Both the position numbers and the translations under genes were made by a program. The notes beneath the pieces are model-generated. The model was not told where the DNA came from. It did no database searches and worked only from the letters and a program-made list of their open reading frames with translations. Below are positions 57,764 through 64,000 of a stretch of DNA of 64,000 nt, piece after piece; within the stretch, counting starts at the first letter, position 1; every line of letters starts with the position of its first letter. The DNA comes from Candidatus Campbellbacteria bacterium GW2011_OD1_34_28. GTDB lineage: Bacteria; Patescibacteriota; Minisyncoccia; Phycocordibacterales; UBA12079. The stretch is taken from contig CP011215.1 of assembly GCA_001029775.1 (NCBI GenBank), forward strand, positions 32,148 to 96,147. Direction: 5' to 3'.

Positions 57764-58804
57764 TTATTTCTTTAAATCATTTAACAAATCTCTCACTAAT
57801 ATCTTGGGAGTTAATCTTTTATTGAAGATATCAAATGCATTGTTTGATATTTTTTCTCTCAAAAAATCGTCTTTTTTTATTTTGATTATCTTTTGAGCCA
57901 AGTCTCTTCCATCGGCTCTGTTACACAAAATAATGCTTTCATTATCCTCAAATAATTCTTTAATAGCAAGAGTACTAGCTGTTATTACAGGTTTCCTTAT
58001 AGCAATTGCTTCATAAACTTTGTTTGGAATGACATTGTCAGCTTTTTCGGTATTTCCAAAAATCCCCAAACAAAGATCAGCTTTGTTCATATATTCGGAT
58101 AATTTTTCATAAGAAATATTTTCAATAAAATTGATATTATCAAACTTTTTACCCAAATACTTTTTTTTGATATTTGTTCCTATTATATTAAATTGGATAT
58201 CTTTTTCTTTTTCCAAAATCTTTGCCGATTCTATTATGTATTCAACCCCCTGCAATGGAATAAAACTCCCGTGAAAATGAACTACAAAATTTTTGTCCTT
58301 TCTTTCACTATCTTTCGGATAAAAAATAGAGTTGTCACTTCCAACAAAGACACGAATAAATTTATCTTTATCTATTTTAAAATTTTTAGAAAAATAATCT
58401 ATATGTCTGTTTGTATCCAAGAGAATTTTTTCAGCGAACATACAACTATACCAATCTAAAAACCAATCTCTAAAGCCTCTCGGACTAAAAGGTTTGTACA
58501 ACTTTCTATCCCAGACATTTGAATCGTAAAGAGAAACAAAAGCATCAAAAATAATATCTTTACCAAACAAAAGATATGCAAGCCACACGACAGAATGACC
58601 CGGGAAAGCAACTATTATATAATCAAATTTTATATCTTTAATTTTTTTATATTCCTCCAACAAAGCAATGTATTTTTTTATTTTTCCAGATTTTGGATCT
58701 ACTTTGCATTCAAAAACATCAAAACCGTTTTGCTTGAAACCAGAAATCAATACTCTATTTCTAGAATATTCAGGATTATAAATACCAAAAAAGCAGATTT
58801 TCAT
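57764..58804 (-). CDS. Glycosyltransferase family 4
   Basis: F.GSFIPLQGVEYI, DLCLGIFG...KA..VIPNKVYEAIA..KPVIT. Confidence 0.9.
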   Translation of the reverse strand: MKICFFGIYNPEYSRNRVLISGFKQNGFDVFECKVDPKSGKIKKYIALLEEYKKIKDIKFDYIIVAFPGHSVVWLAYLLFGKDIIFDAFVSLYDSNVWDRKLYKPFSPRGFRDWFLDWYSCMFAEKILLDTNRHIDYFSKNFKIDKDKFIRVFVGSDNSIFYPKDSERKDKNFVVHFHGSFIPLQGVEYIIESAKILEKEKDIQFNIIGTNIKKKYLGKKFDNINFIENISYEKLSEYMNKADLCLGIFGNTEKADNVIPNKVYEAIAIRKPVITASTLAIKELFEDNESIILCNRADGRDLAQKIIKIKKDDFLREKISNNAFDIFNKRLTPKILVRDLLNDLKK

Positions 58805-58806
58805 AT

Positions 58807-59841
58807 TTAAAAATGAGTTTTTATTTTCTTTATCAAATTAACAACAGAATAATTTTCTCTTACAAAATCACTTAATTCCTTTTTATTATTATACCCCTCT
58901 TTCAAAATTGAAAAGATCTTATCTGCCAACTCGTTCTTATCATCATTTTTTAAGATAAGTTTGTCATCTCTCAAAATATTCACAAATGTTTTATTGAGAG
59001 CAATTGCCGGCGTTCCGCAAAGCAATGATTCCAACACTACCTTGTCTAATCCCCCCGTCGGGGCAAGATTTATACTAAATCCTGACTCATAATAATATAG
59101 ATGTATAAAATTGTTTGGAACACTCCCAATAAAAATTATATTGTTTTCCAAACCCTTATTGTCAACAAAATCTTTAACACTCTTATAATAACCATTATCA
59201 AAATCGGAAAAACCTCCTACCAATGCAACTTTTAAATCGCGTACACCTTTTTCGTTAACCAAGACATCAACTGCTTCAACCAAAAGTTTTTGATTTTTTA
59301 TTGGAGATATTCTACCAACACAAACAGCTGTATATTTTCTTTGTTCTACATTTTTATATTGATATTTATCTACATCTATACCATGACCTACTATTTTCAA
59401 CTTTTTGCTTCTTAGCAGAAAGCTTTCTTTTGATGCAGAAAAAATTACATTCGTGATTTTTTCAGCGATTCTTAATTTAAGATCAATATTTTTATGGGTG
59501 TACCACAAAGCAAGTCTGTTTCCTCTCAACCTCCAAAACAAACCGCCTAAAACAACATAAATAGGATTCATGTGGACAAATACACGGTCATATTCATTGC
59601 GATTTTTCCAAATATATTTATAGAAACGAAAAAAAGCTCTTAGCTTATAGCTTATAGCTGATAGCTCGTCTTTGCCTAAAGACAATACTTTTACATTGTT
59701 AGGTAAATTGTGTTCCCCCTCGTAAAGACAGATCACTGTTACCTTTTCATAATTCTTGGCAAATTCAATAACCCACTGGTGAAAAAAACCGAGAACATCA
59801 TCATGTTTATCTATTTTCTGCGTAATTATAAGCAAATTCAT
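58807..59841 (-). CDS. Glycosyltransferase family 4
   Basis: GHGID, VGRISPIKN, TGGLDKVVLES..CG.P. Confidence 0.9.
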   Translation of the reverse strand: MNLLIITQKIDKHDDVLGFFHQWVIEFAKNYEKVTVICLYEGEHNLPNNVKVLSLGKDELSAISYKLRAFFRFYKYIWKNRNEYDRVFVHMNPIYVVLGGLFWRLRGNRLALWYTHKNIDLKLRIAEKITNVIFSASKESFLLRSKKLKIVGHGIDVDKYQYKNVEQRKYTAVCVGRISPIKNQKLLVEAVDVLVNEKGVRDLKVALVGGFSDFDNGYYKSVKDFVDNKGLENNIIFIGSVPNNFIHLYYYESGFSINLAPTGGLDKVVLESLLCGTPAIALNKTFVNILRDDKLILKNDDKNELADKIFSILKEGYNNKKELSDFVRENYSVVNLIKKIKTHF

Positions 59842-59845
59842 ATTT

Positions 59846-61003
59846 TTACTTTAAACAACTCTCCCAATCTTCTTTCATTTTATTCAAATACTCTTGTTTG
59901 TCTTTTATAACATTTTCTTCAATTCTTTTTCTGGCTTTAATGGACATATCACACAAAAGCAATTTATCCTTCAAAAGTTTTTTAATTTCTGCGACAAAAC
60001 AATCTTTATCACCTGTCTTACATACTTTTATATCCCCTTCTTTTAACACACCGCCTACCAAACCAACATCAGTTGTCAGAATAGGACATCCCGATGCAGA
60101 GGCTTCTATCAAAGACATCCCGTAACCCTCGTAGTTAGAAGTGAACAAAAACAAATCGGCTGTTTTGTAATAAGAAAACAAATCTTTTTGCCATCCTTCG
60201 AAGATTATACTAGCTGATAGCTTATAGCCGATAGCTGATAGCTCTAGTTTTCTTTTCAAAGATCCGTCGCCTACAATAACAAGTCCTGCTTTGGGATGTT
60301 TCTTAATAATTTTCTTCATTACTTTTATAGCCATAGAAATATTCTTCTCTTTTTCTAAACGACAAGTCATCAAAATAATAAAATCAAATTGAGGATATTT
60401 TTTGTGCAAATCAAAGGCGGGTATTTTATTTTCGTAATTTTTAATATCAACAAAAATTGGCAAAACAATTGGTTCAGTTTTTAGTTTATAGTTTTTAGTT
60501 TTTAGAGACTGACTTATTCGCTCGCTAACTACCCTCACCCCATCGGCTTTTGGTAATAAAAATTTTGCCAAACAAACTCTGACACGATTTAAGAAAGATT
60601 CTTTTATAAAATATTTACTCAAAAAATCAGTGTGTATTTGTAAGTGCAATTTTGCACCTGTTTTTTTCGCAATCCACCAACCTACAAAACCAGTTTCAAA
60701 AACGTCCTGAGTCGTAACCAGATTACCTTCTACTTTCCACTCTCTACTTTCAAAAATTTCTTTAGAAATTTTTATTGCATCAAAAATATAAAACCAACGA
60801 TTTCTGGAATTTGTTGGATATAAAGTAACATTGGTCCCTAAAATCCTTTCTACTTGATACTTACTACTTGCTACTCTTGTCGACGAATTGAATATCACAA
60901 TATTTAGTTCGTCGACAAGTTTGCCATACTGAACAACCCTCTGTCGAACGGCAGAATCCCTCTCAAGAATCTTTCTATCTGTTGAAATCATTAAAATTTT
61001 CAT
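59846..61003 (-). CDS. Glycosyltransferase family 4
   Basis: RLEKEKNI, IVGDG, S.YEGYGMSLIEA.ASG.PI.TTDVG. Confidence 0.92.
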   Translation of the reverse strand: MKILMISTDRKILERDSAVRQRVVQYGKLVDELNIVIFNSSTRVASSKYQVERILGTNVTLYPTNSRNRWFYIFDAIKISKEIFESREWKVEGNLVTTQDVFETGFVGWWIAKKTGAKLHLQIHTDFLSKYFIKESFLNRVRVCLAKFLLPKADGVRVVSERISQSLKTKNYKLKTEPIVLPIFVDIKNYENKIPAFDLHKKYPQFDFIILMTCRLEKEKNISMAIKVMKKIIKKHPKAGLVIVGDGSLKRKLELSAIGYKLSASIIFEGWQKDLFSYYKTADLFLFTSNYEGYGMSLIEASASGCPILTTDVGLVGGVLKEGDIKVCKTGDKDCFVAEIKKLLKDKLLLCDMSIKARKRIEENVIKDKQEYLNKMKEDWESCLK

Positions 61004-61037
61004 TTGTATTCATAGTAGCACCCAAACAGACAAAAAT

Positions 61038-61063
61038 TAAGACCGAGCATCTGCTCGGTCTTA
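61038..61063 (-). terminator. Hairpin after the two small ORFs
   Basis: TAAGACCGAGCA-TC-TGCTCGGTCTTA. Confidence 0.7.
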
Positions 61064-61067
61064 TTGT

Positions 61068-61247
61068 TTACCTACGAAATCTCCAGTTGGTGGTCCTTGC
61101 CCATTCGCGACCACTTTCAAGAACATCGTCACCTTTTTTAAAAATTCTTTTCACGAAAGAAGCTGTTTGTGGGTCAATCCTTACAGGATACCCCTTTCCC
61201 TCCAGTCCATACTTTTTTGCAAAAGTAATTTTATTTTGTTGTGACAT
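61068..61247 (-). CDS. Small basic hypothetical protein (59 aa)
   Basis: MSQQNKITFAKKYG...; AAGGGA upstream; follows 61258-61476 and precedes a hairpin. Confidence 0.45.
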   Translation of the reverse strand: MSQQNKITFAKKYGLEGKGYPVRIDPQTASFVKRIFKKGDDVLESGREWARTTNWRFRR

Positions 61248-61257
61248 AAATATTCCC

Positions 61258-61476
61258 TTAGAATTGTTTACATTTACGATATCGAACAGGGTTATCCCCG
61301 CAAGATATCGTCTCAACACGGCCTCGAAGATTATTCAAAAAACCACGAACAATATTTTTGTCAGATCCGATTTTATTAGAGATTTCATCAATTGTCACAC
61401 CACTCTCTTTTTCTTCCCAATCTGGAATAGCTTCAAAAACTTTTTGTTTTAATTTGTCAAAAAAATCATTGCTCAT
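61258..61476 (-). CDS. Small hypothetical protein, possible winged HTH
   Basis: GVTIDEISNKIGSDKNIVRGFLNNL...VRYRK; AGAGGAG RBS; TTGCAA-N17-TATATT upstream (61548-61520). Confidence 0.6.
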   Translation of the reverse strand: MSNDFFDKLKQKVFEAIPDWEEKESGVTIDEISNKIGSDKNIVRGFLNNLRGRVETISCGDNPVRYRKCKQF

Positions 61477-61536
61477 ACAAATCTCCTCTTTTTTACAAAG
61501 ATAGGTTAAATCTTGTCTGAATATATAGTAATTACT

Positions 61537-62643
61537 CTATTTTTGCAACAAAACATCCACCAACTCATCCAGCATCTTTTCTTCATCAAAATGTTTCAGT
61601 TTTTCTTTGGCATTTGCGACAAGCTTGTCAGCAAAAACCCTCTTTTTTGACAACTTCAAAATTGCCTCTTTCAATTGTTCTTTATTGTTGTAATCAATCA
61701 AAAGACCTTCTCTTTCATCTTTTATCAATTCTGGATTTCCGCCTACATTGGTCGTGATTATCGCGGTTCCAACACTCATCACTTCTAACAACTGATGAGA
61801 AAGCCCTTCATAGCCAGTATTTAAAACAAAAATGTCTGATGCTTTTATTTGTTTTAACAAATCATCCTTACCCAAACGACCAGACAAAACCACTCTATTT
61901 TCCAAGCCCATTTTTTTTATTTTTTCTTGCAATTTATCATAATCAGGACCCTCTCCTGCAATAATCAATCTTGTCTCGGGCAATTCATTTACGACATCTA
62001 TCAAAGTGTCATACCCTTTCCAAGGAACAAGTCTACCCGCAGAAAAAATAGCCGTACCACTTATTTTGTAACGAATTCGCAAACTATATTTTTCTTCAAT
62101 AATATCAACAGGGGCAAAAGCGTTGTAAATAACGGTTATTTTTTTTTCATCGATTCCCCAACCAGACACTATATCTTTTAAATAATTGCTTGGAGTGATT
62201 ATTTTTTCTGCTCTATCGGCCGTAAACTTTTCTATTTTTTTCAAAAGCTCTGTTTTGAAATCAAATTTTCTTTTCCAAAAATTTTCTGGGTAAACAAAAT
62301 CCATCTCTTGTGCGCTTTTGCTTTGTTGAAATTGTTCCCAAGCGTAATCACCCACCACCTTCAAAACAAATTTCTTATTTATCTTTTTACAAGCACAAGC
62401 AGTTGGAAAGCCGACAGAAACAGGATCTTGAACATAGATTAGATCGGCATCTCTCCCCAATTTCTTTACTTTTTGATAATAAACAAAATGTCTAATTATT
62501 TTTGGCAGATGTCGCACCTCACTGAAACTTAAAATTTTTACACTGATTTCTTTTTCTGGAAGCCTGTCAAAAAGCAACTTTGAATAAGTTGCCGGGCCTC
62601 CCATATCAGGAGGGTATATTCCTGTGCATACCAATAATTTCAT
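61537..62643 (-). CDS. Glycosyltransferase family 4
   Basis: GIYPPD.GGPATY, AGRLVPWKG, YEGLSH.LLE.M..G..IITT.VGGNPE. Confidence 0.92.
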   Translation of the reverse strand: MKLLVCTGIYPPDMGGPATYSKLLFDRLPEKEISVKILSFSEVRHLPKIIRHFVYYQKVKKLGRDADLIYVQDPVSVGFPTACACKKINKKFVLKVVGDYAWEQFQQSKSAQEMDFVYPENFWKRKFDFKTELLKKIEKFTADRAEKIITPSNYLKDIVSGWGIDEKKITVIYNAFAPVDIIEEKYSLRIRYKISGTAIFSAGRLVPWKGYDTLIDVVNELPETRLIIAGEGPDYDKLQEKIKKMGLENRVVLSGRLGKDDLLKQIKASDIFVLNTGYEGLSHQLLEVMSVGTAIITTNVGGNPELIKDEREGLLIDYNNKEQLKEAILKLSKKRVFADKLVANAKEKLKHFDEEKMLDELVDVLLQK

Positions 62644-62683
62644 TATTATATATAGAATAGCAATTTTAAAGAGAAAAATAAAA

Positions 62684-62707
62684 TACCGCGCCCAAATGGA
62701 CGCGGTA
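62684..62707 (-). terminator. Hairpin after the orphan ORF
   Basis: TACCGCGCCCA-AA-TGGACGCGGTA with a T-rich tail on the minus strand. Confidence 0.6.
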
Positions 62708-62712
62708 AGAGA

Positions 62713-63087
62713 TCAGAATGTAATCTGCGACGAATAAAGCTCGTTTCTGACCATCTCAAAGATATCACAATTAGCAGAGATGTTGAACCTTCTAATACAA
62801 AAATCTGAGACATAGGTTATCTCTGGAATAGAAGGAGAAACAAGAACATTTTTATTAACAATAACTTTCTCACAAAATTTAGGTTTCCAATTTTTGTCTT
62901 GAGAAATACCCTCAAACGAGCACTTTCTCTCTCCAGAAACCATATCATAAAAATAAAAAAGAATTGCAATACGATTCAGATCCAAAACCAATCCGATACA
63001 CTCAATACCGTCGATTTCTCCCAAATCCCTGCGGAAAGTAATTTCTTCTCCAAACAAAAAATCTTTTGAGCACGAAAAAATATCCAT
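62713..63087 (-). CDS. Hypothetical protein
   Basis: ORF with GAGGGA before MDIFSC, TTGACT-N17-TATTCT upstream and its own hairpin; no recognisable motif. Confidence 0.5.
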   Translation of the reverse strand: MDIFSCSKDFLFGEEITFRRDLGEIDGIECIGLVLDLNRIAILFYFYDMVSGERKCSFEGISQDKNWKPKFCEKVIVNKNVLVSPSIPEITYVSDFCIRRFNISANCDIFEMVRNELYSSQITF

Positions 63088-63162
63088 GACTTCCCTCATC
63101 AAAAAATTAATTTGAACAAATCCTAAATGAGAGAATATAAAAAATCTGGTCATTAGTCAACA

Positions 63163-64000
63163 TCACTTGGAAACAGGGTTTCCAAGTAGATTGTTAAAGA
63201 CTTTTTGCTTCATATCATTAGCAATAATATTCCAATCATATTTTTCAAATACCATTTTTTTGGCAGTAGCAACAACAATCTTTACATTTTCAGGACTATT
63301 TAAAATATCTTTTATCGTCTCTGCAATTTGCTCGGGGCTTCTCTTGTCTACTGCCCAACCCGTCGCCTGCTTGTCAGGATTTCTCTTTGCGTCAAACAAA
63401 AAATCAGCTATACCACCCTCTTGTGTAGCGATTACAGGAATTTCACAAGCCATTGCTTCAACAAAAGAATTACCAAATCCTTCGGAAAGAGCAGGGCGAA
63501 TAAAAATATCTGATATTCTCAAATATTTTGGCATTTCTTTGTGACTAACAAGCCCTAAAAATTTTACGCGATTTTCAACACCTTCTGTTTTTGCAAGACT
63601 CATCAAATCTTCTTTGTCCGGACCTTCACCCAATACAACAAATTTTATATTTTCTGGTAAATATTTTAATGATTTAATAACATCGTCAACGGCATTTTTC
63701 AAAACAAGTCTGGATGTTGTGATCATAAATTTGTCACCTTCTTTTTTATCCAATTTTTTCTTCAATTCACCCAAATCACTTTCAGAATAAATTTGTGAAA
63801 AATGTTTTGTATCAACCGCATTGGGAACAATTTCTACTTTTCCCTCAAAACCCATATCTTTTGCCCAAAATCCTAAATAGTTTGAAATCGCCTGAATAAC
63901 ATCGGCTTTTGTAAAGATTTTTACAAACAAAGGATACACAAACCTAACCTTTCTTTTTATATAATCAATTGGGTCGCCTTCTTGAAGTGTTAGTAGGTAT
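63163..64000 (-). CDS. Glycosyltransferase family 4 (5' end beyond the window)
   Basis: YLLTLQEGD, IVPNAVD, TTSRLV.KN, SEGFGNSFVEAMA..IPVIAT..GGI.D. Confidence 0.92.
   Translation of the reverse strand, partial: YLLTLQEGDPIDYIKRKVRFVYPLFVKIFTKADVIQAISNYLGFWAKDMGFEGKVEIVPNAVDTKHFSQIYSESDLGELKKKLDKKEGDKFMITTSRLVLKNAVDDVIKSLKYLPENIKFVVLGEGPDKEDLMSLAKTEGVENRVKFLGLVSHKEMPKYLRISDIFIRPALSEGFGNSFVEAMACEIPVIATQEGGIADFLFDAKRNPDKQATGWAVDKRSPEQIAETIKDILNSPENVKIVVATAKKMVFEKYDWNIIANDMKQKVFNNLLGNPVSK

Noticed and set aside
1-64000. Alternative genetic code (TGA=Gly) as in Gracilibacteria/Absconditabacteria
   Set aside because: Long conserved genes are intact under code 11 and TGA terminates genes (e.g. 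at 48019 and 63163).

Overview
AT-rich bacterial chromosome segment, most consistent with a CPR/Patescibacteria (Parcubacteria-like) genome. This is inferred from gene content, the lack of Shine-Dalgarno motifs on core genes and the repeat types. TGA acts as a stop codon. Most genes are on the minus strand. 1-8.3 kb: housekeeping genes (creD, family-4 UDG, infC-rpmI-rplT, LOG-like, ndk, methyltransferase, map, adk) plus an unannotated 6S-like RNA. 8.6-29.2 kb: three giant membrane-anchored surface proteins around obgE and a MacB/LolD-type ABC transporter. Two are paralogous GNVGIGT-repeat fibres with a peptidase-S74 chaperone and a DUF5011 end; the third is an FN3-rich protein. 29.9-36.3 kb: a D-2-hydroxyacid dehydrogenase/enolase/PEP synthase/glycerate kinase cluster, followed by a PIF1-like helicase, secA and murB. 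42.6-64 kb: a glycan locus with ligase, flippase, NeuB/NeuA-like enzymes, a radical SAM protein, methyltransferases and GT4 enzymes. The best candidate for an undescribed system is inside the two fibre genes. Unrelated variable modules, one carrying an SGNH hydrolase, are each bracketed in frame by a conserved G-rich left site and a C-rich right site. Both sites encode the same G(N)VG(I/V)GT peptide with different fixed codons, which suggests DNA-level cassette exchange. The larger fibre gene is also flanked by a duplicated obgE 3' end, and palindromic and short-period repeats sit in frame inside several genes. No recombinase, CRISPR array, tRNA or rRNA was seen. All calls are by-eye motif recognition; no searches were run.
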